From positions 64,001 to 128,000 of IMG/VR virus record IMGVR_UViG_3300028048_000069: 64,000 bases of DNA; one strand, written 5' to 3'. The number at the start of each line of letters is the position of its first letter. The stretch's first letter is position 1. The notes beneath the pieces were generated by a model. The model was not told where the DNA came from. It ran no database searches and saw nothing but the letters and a program-made list of their open reading frames with translations. The translations under genes were made by a program, and so were the position numbers. Source of the DNA: a virus. Lineage: Duplodnaviria; Caudoviricetes. Below, piece by piece: positions 20,383 to 30,441 of the stretch.

Positions 20383-20411
20383 TTTACAAAATTGAAAAAA
20401 TTTAGTATGAT
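20383..20411 (+). promoter_or_regulatory. Sigma70-like promoter TTTACA-N17-TATGAT
   Basis: 17-bp spacing; AGGAG RBS downstream. Confidence 0.6.
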
Positions 20412-20451
20412 ATAAGTGTAAGAACAAAAACTAAAAAAACAGGAGTGTAAA

Positions 20452-21063
20452 ATGTTAGTAAAAAATGTAAAAGTATGTACCCACTGTAAAAAACAATTGC
20501 CAGTAACGGAGTTCTATGTCGATAGACATTCAAAGGATGGACTTCAAAATTGGTGTAAATCTTGTAAAAATGAATCAAACCGAAAAAATCAACTCAAGAT
20601 TAAAAATCAAAAAAGAAACACAGAACTAAAACGATTATCACATTATCACTTAAAGCATGGTCTTGAGTATGAATTAAGGGGCGATAAATTACACAAAGGT
20701 TTAAGAAAATATGTTGTTTATAAATGTTTAGATTGCGGTAAAGAAGTTGAATCTAAAGTAACGACCGCTTGGGAACATAAATTTAAATGTGATGATTGTT
20801 TAGAAAAAAGTCTTGCTAATAAACCACAAAAACGAGCCTACAGAAAAAAGAATGTAATTAAAACAAGGCAAGAGCCTTATGAAATTCCGCATTTCAATGT
20901 GGATAAATTAAATGATGTAGAACAAAAACAAATTCGTAGAAGATATTATAGGGAAAATGACCCTATTATTAAAGTAATTGTAGTTCCTGTTCCACAACCT
21001 CAAACAGAAAATAGATTTACCAAATGGCTTAAAGGGTTATTTGGTAAAAAAGACTTACAGTAG
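20452..21063 (+). CDS. Zinc-finger DNA-binding protein
   Basis: CTHCKKQLPVTEFY...DGLQNWCKSC plus a second CxxC pair; no nuclease motif seen. Confidence 0.65.
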   Translation: MLVKNVKVCTHCKKQLPVTEFYVDRHSKDGLQNWCKSCKNESNRKNQLKIKNQKRNTELKRLSHYHLKHGLEYELRGDKLHKGLRKYVVYKCLDCGKEVESKVTTAWEHKFKCDDCLEKSLANKPQKRAYRKKNVIKTRQEPYEIPHFNVDKLNDVEQKQIRRRYYRENDPIIKVIVVPVPQPQTENRFTKWLKGLFGKKDLQ

Positions 21064-21092
21064 TATCAAGTACCTAAGAAAATAACACTAGT

Positions 21093-21130
21093 TTGCCAGT
21101 TCTAGTACCTCAATAAAAACTGGCAATTTT
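21093..21130 (+). terminator. Stem-loop TTGCCAGTT/AACTGGCAA plus T-tract
   Basis: 9-bp inverted repeat in an intergenic gap. Confidence 0.55.
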
Positions 21131-21150
21131 ATAAAAGGGTGGGGATTTAT

Positions 21151-21648
21151 ATGAGTACAGGAGAAAAGTTGTTTGTAGGTATAATTACAGCATTTATTTT
21201 AGGTTTTAGCACTGCTATTTATGTATGGTCACATTGGATAGATGACACACCGAAAGAAGTGATGGTAGAAGTTCCACAATCACTAGTAATAGAAATTCCG
21301 CAGAAGTACAATCTAACTGGTACAGAATATACCAAAAGGGTGTTAAACGACATCACTATAACATCCTACAATAATCATGCAAATCAAACAGATGATAGTC
21401 CGAACATTACTGCTACGAGCCGACCTGTAAGAGAAAATATGGTGGCAGCATCACCTGATTTATTAACTAAAGGGATAATCAGATATGGGGATTTAGTTTA
21501 TATTGATTGTATGAAACAGTGGTATGTGGTTGAAGATACAATGAATAAACGCTTTGAACGAAGGATAGATATATTTTTATTTAGTAAAGATGAAAGTTTA
21601 AAAATAAATAAGAAATGCAATATCGAAGTTTTGCACATTAATAAATAG
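21151..21648 (+). CDS. Membrane-anchored 3D-domain (lytic transglycosylase-like) protein
   Basis: N-terminal TM; TSYN..QTDDSP.ITA, VAAS.D, YGD.VYI, VEDTMN, IDIF. Confidence 0.75.
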   Translation: MSTGEKLFVGIITAFILGFSTAIYVWSHWIDDTPKEVMVEVPQSLVIEIPQKYNLTGTEYTKRVLNDITITSYNNHANQTDDSPNITATSRPVRENMVAASPDLLTKGIIRYGDLVYIDCMKQWYVVEDTMNKRFERRIDIFLFSKDESLKINKKCNIEVLHINK

Positions 21649-21649
21649 T

Positions 21650-21868
21650 ATGAATGATAATGAATTGGAAATTTTAGTAAGATCTTGCATAAGAAAGCAT
21701 CGGTATCCCACTGCTCAAACTGCTCAAGAGGCAATAAATAGAGTGCATAAGAAAAGGGATACACCATTGCGCTATTATTACTGTAAGAGATGTTGTGGTT
21801 ATCATTTAACAAAGAGAGTTGGGGAGAATATTGTGGATGGAAGAAAAAAGGTATATAAACCAATTTGA
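21650..21868 (+). CDS. Small phage zinc-binding protein
   Basis: C..K.RY ... YYCKRCCGYHLT. Confidence 0.6.
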   Translation: MNDNELEILVRSCIRKHRYPTAQTAQEAINRVHKKRDTPLRYYYCKRCCGYHLTKRVGENIVDGRKKVYKPI

Positions 21869-22397
21869 TACAACCGAAAAGTGTAGTGAGTTTGGTAAAC
21901 TAGCAGAAGATTTATTTCAAAAATTTCTAATAAATAATCGTATATTTTTTAGAAAAGCAACGCAAGAAGAACAGTTTAATCACATAGATTTTATTTATCT
22001 ACACGATAAGACCTTAAATCCTTGTTCAGTTGAAATAAAGTATTCTAAAAAGATAAACAGAACAGATATTGATGTTTCCCCAGATTATATGTGGGTTGAG
22101 TTCAAAAATGTCTGCGGTGGGAAAGGTTGGCTATTTGGTAATAGTGATTATACAGCCTTTTATGACAAGTTTAAGAACAAATTTATTATGGTAGAAACTG
22201 CTAGATTAAGGGAAAGATGCATAGAGTTATGTAATCAAGGAACTACTGATAATAAAAGTGATGCTTTATATAAGCATTATACAAGGGAAGGCAGACAAGA
22301 TGATATTTCTTTGGTAAAAATAAAAGATTTAGAGGATATAGCAAGGGCAATTTTTGACCCTAACAAGGAGTTAGATTATGCTGATGTTAAATATTGA
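21837..22397 (+). CDS. PD-(D/E)XK nuclease-like protein
   Basis: G..AE, HIDF, VEIK, WVEF...G..GW pattern. Confidence 0.55.
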   Translation: MEEKRYINQFDTTEKCSEFGKLAEDLFQKFLINNRIFFRKATQEEQFNHIDFIYLHDKTLNPCSVEIKYSKKINRTDIDVSPDYMWVEFKNVCGGKGWLFGNSDYTAFYDKFKNKFIMVETARLRERCIELCNQGTTDNKSDALYKHYTREGRQDDISLVKIKDLEDIARAIFDPNKELDYADVKY

Positions 22398-22896
22398 AAG
22401 ATTAACTGCTGTAACATTGCCTAAAAAGGCACATAAGACAGATGCTGGAATTGATTTTTATATTCCTAATGATTTAAATTATGTTCTAAAAAATGGTAAA
22501 AATATTAAGATAGGGTTATATACTCGTAATATGGATCCCACTAATGATAAAATCACTTCGGCTGCCATTGAGATTAAACCGAATGAATCTTGTTTAATTC
22601 CTATGGGTATTAAAACATCCTTTAATAAAGATTATGCATTGGTATTCTTTAATAGGTCTGGTATCGCCACGAAAAAGCATTTATTAAGAGGTGCTTGCAT
22701 AGTAGATAGTGAATATAGGGGAGAGATTTTTGTTAATTTAAATAATGTATCAAACGAAACTCAATATCTACTTCCTGGTGAAAAATTGATACAAGCAATG
22801 TTACTTCCTGTTCCAGAAGTAGATATTCAAGAAGGAAAAGTAGATATTGATACAGAAAGGGGAGAAGGTGGATTTGGTTCTACCGATAAAAAATAG
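22378..22896 (+). CDS. dut: Trimeric dUTPase
   Basis: DAGIDF, NRSG, IVDSEYRGE, LIQ, RGEGGFGST. Confidence 0.93.
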   Translation: MLMLNIERLTAVTLPKKAHKTDAGIDFYIPNDLNYVLKNGKNIKIGLYTRNMDPTNDKITSAAIEIKPNESCLIPMGIKTSFNKDYALVFFNRSGIATKKHLLRGACIVDSEYRGEIFVNLNNVSNETQYLLPGEKLIQAMLLPVPEVDIQEGKVDIDTERGEGGFGSTDKK

Positions 22897-22904
22897 GGTG
22901 AAAT

Positions 22905-23171
22905 ATGACATTAGATGAAGCAAAAAAGTTAAAAGTCGGCCAGGAGATATGGTATAGTTCATTTGGGGATTTACCAGAAAAAGTAGTTATTTCTAAAATA
23001 ATAACAGATGGGTATGGTAAATTAGAAATACATTTGGTAGATAATTGTTATATACCAGAAAGAGATTTAGATTATGTATTTTTAACATTTGATGAATGCG
23101 CTGATGCTTGTCAAAAATATTTTGAAAAGAAATTACAGAAATTAAGAGAATTAATTTTAATGGAAAAGTAA
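22905..23171 (+). CDS. Hypothetical protein
   Basis: ORF with RBS. Confidence 0.6.
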   Translation: MTLDEAKKLKVGQEIWYSSFGDLPEKVVISKIITDGYGKLEIHLVDNCYIPERDLDYVFLTFDECADACQKYFEKKLQKLRELILMEK

Positions 23172-23204
23172 TTAGTATAATATAAAATAAGGGTGGGTTA
23201 AAAG

Positions 23205-23390
23205 ATGAAATTATTACTAGTATTCTATATTGGATTTACAATGGGTATGTGTATAATGGATTATTTAGATGTAAAAAATACAATAGATGTTCATCTATAC
23301 AAGAGGTCAATATTTAATGTAATATTAGCCACATTATTTTCACCTATTACCTTCCCTATATATTTATTATTAAATATAAAGGGGCGATAG
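23205..23390 (+). CDS. Small membrane protein
   Basis: Two hydrophobic segments. Confidence 0.55.
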   Translation: MKLLLVFYIGFTMGMCIMDYLDVKNTIDVHLYKRSIFNVILATLFSPITFPIYLLLNIKGR

Positions 23391-23541
23391 TAATGATAAC
23401 TAAATATATGTGTAAGAATTTTCAAAAAGATAATATTATTTGTGAGTTATGTGTTGCAAATAAAACTTATATTGATATTCAAAATGTTGAATGTCAAAGT
23501 TGTTTCGAACCAGAAATCAATAATTTAAAATAAGACATTAT

Positions 23542-24033
23542 ATGGAATATAGAAATTTATATGTATTTGATTTAGATGGCACATTGTGTGATATTACACA
23601 TCGTCTAAAGTATATTAGAAATAGTAATGGTACTAGATTAACACATCCTAATTGGGAAAAGTTTTTTAAAGAATGTGTAAATGATGAACCATTATCTGGA
23701 ACCATTGAAATATTGAAATCATTACAAAGATGCGGAAAGCAAATATGTATATGTTCTGGACGTTCTGATGAAGTTAAAGCAGAAACAATTCATTGGCTTC
23801 AACTTCAAGGCATAGATATAATTCGTTTAATTTTAGTAATGAGAAAAGATGGAGATTATAGATCTGATATTACTGTAAAAGATGAATTATTAACTGGAGT
23901 ATTAAGCATTTTAAATAACGAATTTGAAGGAGTTACTTGGAATCCTATTATTTTTGAAGATAGAAAACAAGTAGTTGATATGTGGAGAAGTAAAGGATTT
24001 ACTTGTTATCAAGTAGCACCTGGAGAATTTTAA
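23542..24033 (+). CDS. HAD phosphatase (T4 PNK 3'-phosphatase-domain-like)
   Basis: FDLDGTL, SGR, MR..GD.R.D..VK, FEDR.QVV.MWR. Confidence 0.85.
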   Translation: MEYRNLYVFDLDGTLCDITHRLKYIRNSNGTRLTHPNWEKFFKECVNDEPLSGTIEILKSLQRCGKQICICSGRSDEVKAETIHWLQLQGIDIIRLILVMRKDGDYRSDITVKDELLTGVLSILNNEFEGVTWNPIIFEDRKQVVDMWRSKGFTCYQVAPGEF

Positions 24034-24047
24034 AAAGGAGAATAATT

Positions 24048-24602
24048 ATGTGGCCGTTTAAAAAGAAAGAACAACTTAAATATAAATTAACTAGAGATTC
24101 AAAAGGACATTATCATCTTAATTATAAGGATGTATATACAAATGAATATGAAACATTAATTGCTGAATCCACTGATGAATGTTTAATAAGATGTTTATTT
24201 GTTTCTTTGTCTCAACAAGTTGATTTAGCAGAAGAAATTAAAAAGCATATTGATGATTCTATGCCAAAAGGATATGTTGATAGAATTACAATTGGAAATC
24301 ATACTTTTATTAGCGATAATATTGTGAGTAGTACTATTCCAACAACAGAAGATATTAAAAATATAATTGAAGACCCTAATATTTTTTATGCAGTACAAGG
24401 AAATTATCCTAATATTGTAATTAGTAAATATGAAAAAGTAGCAGAAGATTCCTTTAATTATTGTTTAAGACAAGAAGAAGGTAATTTATCTTTATTGCCT
24501 AAAACTATTTGTTTTAATTCAAAGGCGGATGCTATAATTTATCAAAACAATTTAATACAAAAATCATTAGAAGAACAATCAAAAGGTAAAAAGAAAAATT
24601 AA
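24048..24602 (+). CDS. Hypothetical protein
   Basis: AGGAG RBS before ATG 24048 (MWPFKK). Confidence 0.65.
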   Translation: MWPFKKKEQLKYKLTRDSKGHYHLNYKDVYTNEYETLIAESTDECLIRCLFVSLSQQVDLAEEIKKHIDDSMPKGYVDRITIGNHTFISDNIVSSTIPTTEDIKNIIEDPNIFYAVQGNYPNIVISKYEKVAEDSFNYCLRQEEGNLSLLPKTICFNSKADAIIYQNNLIQKSLEEQSKGKKKN

Positions 24603-24610
24603 GGTATAGT

Positions 24611-24955
24611 ATGAAAGTTAAAAAATATAAAACAGAACAAGAAAAACGACAAGCATATAATGAATATGCCAAAAACTATTATTACTTACATAAGAATGAC
24701 CCAGAGTTTAAGGCGAAAAGAAAAAGTTATTATAAAGGCTATTATGATAGTTTATCAGATGTAAAGAAAGAAGCCTATAGAACCTATAATTCTGAATATT
24801 CTTTTTATGTAAGAAGTGTTATTACAGGTAAATTAGAAAAGAAAATAGTAAAGAATAAAGAAAAAGTAAAAGAATTAGAAAATAAAATACACGAAATGCA
24901 AGGAAAACTCAACTATATGAGAAATAAATTTGAACATCTCGGAAAGAAAAAATGA
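24611..24955 (+). CDS. Basic Tyr/Lys-rich helical protein
   Basis: ORF composition. Confidence 0.6.
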   Translation: MKVKKYKTEQEKRQAYNEYAKNYYYLHKNDPEFKAKRKSYYKGYYDSLSDVKKEAYRTYNSEYSFYVRSVITGKLEKKIVKNKEKVKELENKIHEMQGKLNYMRNKFEHLGKKK

Positions 24956-25034
24956 ACATATATAATATCAATGACTTTTTAGACGAAGAGTTTTATAATA
25001 AAATAGTATCTAAATGTAGTTTTCAATTTCAAAG

Positions 25035-25382
25035 ATGGTGGAAAAAATGATTGATAAGAAATTCTTTAAAAAAGTAATGAATGCAATAATAGAGATCGAT
25101 ACAAAATTAGATAAGTTAAACTCTGTTAATGCAGAAGCAGTATCCTTTGTTATAGATTACTCATTACAAGATGAACTAATAGATACTCTCGGAGCCGCTA
25201 TGAATTTAGATAATAACGAGTACTATGGGAATACTATTAGTTGGTGGGTATATGAAACTAACTTCGGCAAAAAGAATAATGTAGTAGTTTTTAATAATAA
25301 AACTATGAAAGTAGATACTATTGATAAACTATATGATTTATGTGTAAAAGAAGGTCAGCAAAATATATCCATATCGGAGTAA
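25035..25382 (+). CDS. Hypothetical protein
   Basis: ISWWVYETNFG...LYD, typical of small phage proteins. Confidence 0.6.
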   Translation: MVEKMIDKKFFKKVMNAIIEIDTKLDKLNSVNAEAVSFVIDYSLQDELIDTLGAAMNLDNNEYYGNTISWWVYETNFGKKNNVVVFNNKTMKVDTIDKLYDLCVKEGQQNISISE

Positions 25383-25384
25383 AA

Positions 25385-26023
25385 ATGAAGATAGCAGCAT
25401 TTAGTGATTGTCATTGGTTATATAAAGATATAAAAGATTTCCCAGAAGCAGATTTATGTATATTTGCAGGTGATTGGTGCGGTAGTGGATATTATATCAA
25501 TGAAACAACAGATTTTTTAAGTTGGTTTAAGGATTTACCTTATAAGCATAAAGTGGCTGTTCCAGGTAATCACGACCGATTATGTGAATTAAACGAAAAG
25601 ATGGTGAAAGACCTTTTCCTGCAGGCTGGCTCTCATCTATTAATTGATGAGCAAGTTGTAATAGAAGGGATTTCAATATATGGCTCACCTTGGAGTCCCT
25701 TCTTTAATAATTGGGCTTATATGCTAAATGAAGAACAGTTAAAATGGAAATTTAAGCACATACCCAAGGATGTAGATGTATTAGTAACACATACACCGCC
25801 GAAAGGTATTTTAGACCCAGATGAATATGGTAGTGAGTCATTAAGAAAAATATTAAATGATGTAAATCCTAAAATACATATATTCGGTCATAATCATGGT
25901 GGGTATGGTTATAAAGAAACTATTAACACAAAGTTCTATAATGTAAGTGTATGTAGTGATGCTGATACAGAACATCATAATACATATGAATTGGTAAATC
26001 CAATTTCCTTAATTAATATATAA
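25385..26023 (+). CDS. Calcineurin-like metallophosphoesterase
   Basis: SDCH, AGD, GNHD, THTPP, FGHNH. Confidence 0.9.
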   Translation: MKIAAFSDCHWLYKDIKDFPEADLCIFAGDWCGSGYYINETTDFLSWFKDLPYKHKVAVPGNHDRLCELNEKMVKDLFLQAGSHLLIDEQVVIEGISIYGSPWSPFFNNWAYMLNEEQLKWKFKHIPKDVDVLVTHTPPKGILDPDEYGSESLRKILNDVNPKIHIFGHNHGGYGYKETINTKFYNVSVCSDADTEHHNTYELVNPISLINI

Positions 26024-26044
26024 TTAAGGGTATTGAGTTAAAAT

Positions 26045-26081
26045 ATTGCCCCCAGTTTAATTAAATTCTGGGGGTAATTTT
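26045..26081 (+). terminator. Stem-loop ATTGCCCCCAG/CTGGGGGTAAT
   Basis: 11-bp GC-rich inverted repeat followed by Ts. Confidence 0.65.
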
Positions 26082-26095
26082 ATAGAGGCAGTAAT

Positions 26096-26662
26096 ATGAA
26101 GAAATGTAAACAGTGTGGATGCGAATTTGAACCTTTAACTCATAATCAGCAATTTTGTAAAAAAGAGTGCGGAAGGGAATATAATTTAAAAATTCGTAGG
26201 GATAGATATAAACAGCCATTAAAGCGCATAGAGTATTGTGTATATTGTGGTAAGCCATTAAATCCTTATGGATCTCAAAAATACTGTAATGCCGAATGTA
26301 GAAGATTGCATAGAAATCAAAAGAGAAACAAAAGCGGTAGGATATGTAATAGGGTTGTAGTTCCAGAAACACTAAAGAAGTGTGAATATTGCGGAAAGGA
26401 TATCCCCTTTAATAAGAATTATGCTAGTACCTATAGCCGAAAAAAGTACTGTTCTAGAGAATGCTGCTCAAATAGTTTTAAGGAACATAGAGAAAGATTT
26501 AGTGGAAATCAATTAGTTATTGATGGTTTTAAAATTATAATCAAGCATATAGGAAATAATTTTATGTGGGATGCCTATAAAGGTAATAAATTGGTTTTGA
26601 AAGGAAGTAATCCATTTGGTACTTTTATAGAATGTAAAAAGGATGCTCTGTCGGCATTTTAA
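26096..26662 (+). CDS. Multi zinc-finger protein
   Basis: Three CxxCG...(Y/F)CxxxC units. Confidence 0.7.
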   Translation: MKKCKQCGCEFEPLTHNQQFCKKECGREYNLKIRRDRYKQPLKRIEYCVYCGKPLNPYGSQKYCNAECRRLHRNQKRNKSGRICNRVVVPETLKKCEYCGKDIPFNKNYASTYSRKKYCSRECCSNSFKEHRERFSGNQLVIDGFKIIIKHIGNNFMWDAYKGNKLVLKGSNPFGTFIECKKDALSAF

Positions 26663-26669
26663 AATATTG

Positions 26670-26698
26670 TTGACTTTTTTAAAAAGATTTATTATAAT
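26670..26698 (+). promoter_or_regulatory. Strong sigma70-like promoter TTGACT-N17-TATAAT
   Basis: Near-consensus boxes; AAGGAGGT RBS downstream. Confidence 0.75.
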
Positions 26699-26726
26699 AT
26701 AAGTATAAAGTAAAGGAGGTAGTAAA

Positions 26727-27116
26727 ATGAAAAAATTAAATGTGTCGGAATTTAAGAAATTAAGTGAAAAACTTATTAATGATAGAGAAAAATTATATAA
26801 GGTATGGGAAAAAGAACTTACCAAAGAATTGACCCCCTATGTTAAATCAATTTCAGAACGGGAATGTCACAACTGTTTGGGTGAGTTTTATTTCGTATAC
26901 ACATTAGTAACAAAGAAAACTGGTATGATGCTAGACTTTTCTGTTGAAGATGATAATAATGGCGCGGAAAAGGATTGGATGGTGCATATACATGTTTATG
27001 ATTTACCAAAAGGATTTGAAGATAAATATAAGATGGTAGATGATTGTTGTATCTTCAAAAACAAAGATGTATATAAGGCCATAGAATTTCTTAAAAAACT
27101 AACCAAGGAGTTTTAA
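26727..27116 (+). CDS. Hypothetical early protein
   Basis: Strong RBS and promoter. Confidence 0.7.
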   Translation: MKKLNVSEFKKLSEKLINDREKLYKVWEKELTKELTPYVKSISERECHNCLGEFYFVYTLVTKKTGMMLDFSVEDDNNGAEKDWMVHIHVYDLPKGFEDKYKMVDDCCIFKNKDVYKAIEFLKKLTKEF

Positions 27117-27117
27117 T

Positions 27118-27255
27118 ATGAGAGTATGTCCTAAATGCCATAAAAAGTATAATGGATACCCAGCAATTAGTAGGCGCGACAATAAAACTGAAATATGTTC
27201 TATGTGTGGCCAGTTAGAGGCATTAGAAGATTTTTGGAAATGGAGAGTTAAATGA
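27118..27255 (+). CDS. Small zinc-ribbon protein (45 aa), absent from the ORF track
   Basis: CPKC...PAISRRDNKTEICSMCG..EAL; AGGAG RBS. Confidence 0.7.
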   Translation: MRVCPKCHKKYNGYPAISRRDNKTEICSMCGQLEALEDFWKWRVK

Positions 27256-27461
27256 AGAAAGTGTATTTAATTTTAGCATTATTATTTGTAGCCATATTAG
27301 GTTATTCATTTGCCAATGTAATGAAGATAAATCCTACCGATATTACTTCTCGTAAAGATTATGTGGGTAGTGGTATTACCAGATACGACCTTGGTGATGT
27401 AGAATGCTTTAAGGTTGATGTTGGTAATGGTGGAGTGGCATTATCTTGTTTGAGGAAATGA
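27252..27461 (+). CDS. Small secreted or membrane-anchored protein
   Basis: Signal-peptide-like N-terminus. Confidence 0.6.
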   Translation: MKKVYLILALLFVAILGYSFANVMKINPTDITSRKDYVGSGITRYDLGDVECFKVDVGNGGVALSCLRK

Positions 27462-27661
27462 ATATGAGCGAAAAAGAAGTTACTAAAAAGTATAGATGGT
27501 ACAAAGAGTTTTCCCTTCCACTAAACGACCATTTGTATAGAATTAATCTATTGCACGATATGGCAGAATTTGAAGTAAGGTTTGGTGATAAGGTAGTTGG
27601 TATTACAAGTGAACAAGAACATAATCATTTTGTAGTAATATATTATATAGAGGAGAAATAA
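27446..27661 (+). CDS. Hypothetical protein
   Basis: Packed ORF; true start may be a few codons downstream. Confidence 0.5.
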   Translation: MFEEMNMSEKEVTKKYRWYKEFSLPLNDHLYRINLLHDMAEFEVRFGDKVVGITSEQEHNHFVVIYYIEEK

Positions 27662-27663
27662 CA

Positions 27664-27954
27664 ATGAAAAATACATCAAAAAAAGAATCAAATAAGGAAC
27701 AAGAACTAATAAATGAATTGGTTGAAACAGTAGAAAAATATCCTATATGTAATACTATTGTATTTAATACATATAAGGAAGATAAAAAACTCACAGCGGC
27801 CATTAAAGAGTTATTATCATCTAAAATGAACAAGGATTACAAAATTATAGTGGATGAACCAAACGAAGATCATCCAGAAGGAACTTGTCATTTGGCTTTT
27901 ATACCTGAAAACCCGATGACATTAAAAGAATTGTTCAATAATCTACATAAGTAA
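27664..27954 (+). CDS. Hypothetical protein
   Basis: GAGGAG RBS. Confidence 0.6.
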   Translation: MKNTSKKESNKEQELINELVETVEKYPICNTIVFNTYKEDKKLTAAIKELLSSKMNKDYKIIVDEPNEDHPEGTCHLAFIPENPMTLKELFNNLHK

Positions 27955-27963
27955 GGAGTTAAT

Positions 27964-28170
27964 ATGTTCGATAGCGATAAGTTTGAATATACTGAATATT
28001 GGCGCGATAAACATAATTATGAACAACTCTTTGTAAAGGTTCAAAGGAACTGGAATAAAGGTGTTATTTATCGTAAGCAAGTAAAAGAACTGCAAAGGTT
28101 ACAACATAAGTTGGTATATCATCATTATCCGACCTATCTAACATTACAAACAATAGGTGAATACAGATGA
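27964..28170 (+). CDS. Hypothetical protein
   Basis: AGGAG RBS. Confidence 0.55.
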   Translation: MFDSDKFEYTEYWRDKHNYEQLFVKVQRNWNKGVIYRKQVKELQRLQHKLVYHHYPTYLTLQTIGEYR

Positions 28171-28275
28171 ACATATTACAAACAATCTATTTAATTTTAA
28201 TGGGTCTAGGAATATGGTATCTTATTCACCTATTAATAGAGTTCTATCAGATGTACACTTTATAGGGAGAGAATT

Positions 28276-28437
28276 ATGGCAGTTAAAATAGAAGATATGG
28301 ATATGCCGAAAACTTGTGCTGCTTGCGATTTGTCGTATGTAGATGCTGATACGAGCGAATTGATATGTTCTTATAATGATTGCCCTGCCTCATATACAGA
28401 CAGATTAAAATGTTGTCCATTACAGCCTATAGAGTAA
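28276..28437 (+). CDS. MPKxCxxC...CPL family small Cys protein (53 aa), absent from the ORF track
   Basis: MDMPKTCAAC...C...CPLQ; paralogous to 36187, 37541, 38488. Confidence 0.7.
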   Translation: MAVKIEDMDMPKTCAACDLSYVDADTSELICSYNDCPASYTDRLKCCPLQPIE

Positions 28438-28452
28438 ATAAAAGGAGATTAT

Positions 28453-28722
28453 ATGAAAGAAGTAAAGTTTTATTATTTATGTTCTGAACGTGCACATGAA
28501 GAACATATTTGTATAAATAATCCGAAGTTTGATTATAGATATTTTAGACCTTTAGAAGGAATAGAAATATATACAAATATGGAAGAATTAAATAGAAATT
28601 TCCATAATTGGTGTATTAGAAATCATAAAGATACCGCTTATATTGGCGAAATAGTATTTAAACCAGGAAAGCATGTAGAATTAGTAACTAGCTATAAAGA
28701 TTATAAGGAGAAAGAAAAATGA
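28453..28722 (+). CDS. Hypothetical protein
   Basis: AGGAG RBS. Confidence 0.6.
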   Translation: MKEVKFYYLCSERAHEEHICINNPKFDYRYFRPLEGIEIYTNMEELNRNFHNWCIRNHKDTAYIGEIVFKPGKHVELVTSYKDYKEKEK

Positions 28723-29075
28723 CATTAGGAGAACTAATTGATGCTTTAAAATCATTTCCAAAAGATTACTTAGTTGTTATTAAACCATATGATTTAATTC
28801 CTCATAGTTTTACTTCTTATCGTGGATATTATGAACAATTAGCATTAGAGTATGATGTCGAAGGACATTGTACAGTTGAAGATTTATTAAAGATTGCTAA
28901 AAAAGTCGTTGGAAAAGAACTTATGGGATATAAGGGCGGAAATTTTTTAATGACTAAAAATACACCAGTATGGATCTCAAACTATGGAAATACATCTAAT
29001 ATGTTATTAACCAAAGTAGAAAGTCCTTTTACAGGTTATGTATATCTTTATGGAGAATATAGGGAGATTGCTTAA
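28719..29075 (+). CDS. Conserved-type phage hypothetical protein
   Basis: MTLGELI, SYRGYYEQLA, GYKGG.F.M...TPVW. Confidence 0.65.
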   Translation: MTLGELIDALKSFPKDYLVVIKPYDLIPHSFTSYRGYYEQLALEYDVEGHCTVEDLLKIAKKVVGKELMGYKGGNFLMTKNTPVWISNYGNTSNMLLTKVESPFTGYVYLYGEYREIA

Positions 29076-29076
29076 T

Positions 29077-30441
29077 ATGGAACATTATTTAGATTATTTA
29101 TTAAGATTTGTAACTGAATTAAGAAGTACTAATTCTCGTATTTTAAAAGAAGAGATATTAGCTAAATGGTGGAAAGAGTATTTAGATATGTATGCTAAAA
29201 ATAATGATAATGAACCTTTAGCTTCATTGTTAAATTTATTCAGATATGTATATAATTATGATACTCAATACTATATTACTTCTGCTAATATTTTAAAGAA
29301 AGATTTAACTGAAAAAGGTTTATTTGCGGGTAAAAATTATCCTTTATTATGGGACTTATTAGATGATTTATCTAATAGAGTTATTACTGGTCATCAAGCA
29401 ATAATGGCGGTACAACAATTCTTAAAGGAATTACATAACGAAAAATGGGAACAACTTGTATTGGATATTATTGATAAAGATCTTAAATGTGGTTTATCTG
29501 AAGTAACTATTAACAAAGTATGCGGTAATGTTATTAAAACCTATGATTGCTGCTTGGCTCAAAAATTTGATGCTAAAAAGCATATTTTAACATCAGATTG
29601 GGTTATTGAAAGAAAATTGGATGGTGCTAGAGTTCAAATAATCAATAAAAATGGGCAAATTAGAGCATTTTCAAGGCAGGGTAAGGAATTTACTACCCTA
29701 GGCAAGGTAATTGATGAATTAAGCGGTAAAATGCCTAATAATACAGTATTTGATGGGGAAGTGTGCCTTGTAGATGAAAAAGGATTAGAAAGTTTTCAAG
29801 GCATTATGAAAGAAATAAAGCGCAAAGACCATACCATTGAAAACCCATTAGTATTATGCTTTGATATGCTTACATTAGAAGAATTTGAAAATAAAAAGGG
29901 AACTACCCACTATACTGCTCGTATGGAAAGGTTAAAAGAATGGTATAATTTACAGAAATGGAATACCCAAAACAAAGTAGCCAAACATTTATCTATTGTA
30001 AATTACGAATATTACAGTCCTAAAGTATTGGAAGAATGGAGTAAGAGAGTACAAAAATATGGTTGGGAAGGTTTAATGTTTCGTAAAGATGTAGGCTATG
30101 AAGGTAAAAGAACTAATAACCTTTTAAAGTTCAAATCCTTTTTAGATGCTGAATTTAGAGTGGAAGCAATAGAAGAAGGTGATGCTCAAGAACTTATTGA
30201 TGGTAAAATGGTTAAGATTAAATGTGTAGGTTCTTTAATTATTAACTATAAAGGCAGTAAGGTCGGAGTTGGTACTGGTTTATCATTGGCGCAAAGAAAG
30301 AGATGGTATGAGCATCCAGAAGAAATTATTGGAAAGCAAATTTGCGTAAAATTCTTTGAAGAAACTATAGACCAAAATGGTAATCCTTCATTAAGGTTTC
30401 CAGTATTAAAGTTTATATTTGACGAGGATAGAGATGTATGA
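29077..30441 (+). CDS. ATP-dependent DNA ligase
   Basis: RKLDGAR, FDGE, FDML, EGLM, LLKFK, LRFP. Confidence 0.93.
   Translation: MEHYLDYLLRFVTELRSTNSRILKEEILAKWWKEYLDMYAKNNDNEPLASLLNLFRYVYNYDTQYYITSANILKKDLTEKGLFAGKNYPLLWDLLDDLSNRVITGHQAIMAVQQFLKELHNEKWEQLVLDIIDKDLKCGLSEVTINKVCGNVIKTYDCCLAQKFDAKKHILTSDWVIERKLDGARVQIINKNGQIRAFSRQGKEFTTLGKVIDELSGKMPNNTVFDGEVCLVDEKGLESFQGIMKEIKRKDHTIENPLVLCFDMLTLEEFENKKGTTHYTARMERLKEWYNLQKWNTQNKVAKHLSIVNYEYYSPKVLEEWSKRVQKYGWEGLMFRKDVGYEGKRTNNLLKFKSFLDAEFRVEAIEEGDAQELIDGKMVKIKCVGSLIINYKGSKVGVGTGLSLAQRKRWYEHPEEIIGKQICVKFFEETIDQNGNPSLRFPVLKFIFDEDRDV

Noticed and set aside
7031-22397. Complete restriction-modification system using 8132 or 21837 as the endonuclease
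   Set aside because: 8132 looks like a resolvase and 21837 is not next to an MTase; no pairing can be supported
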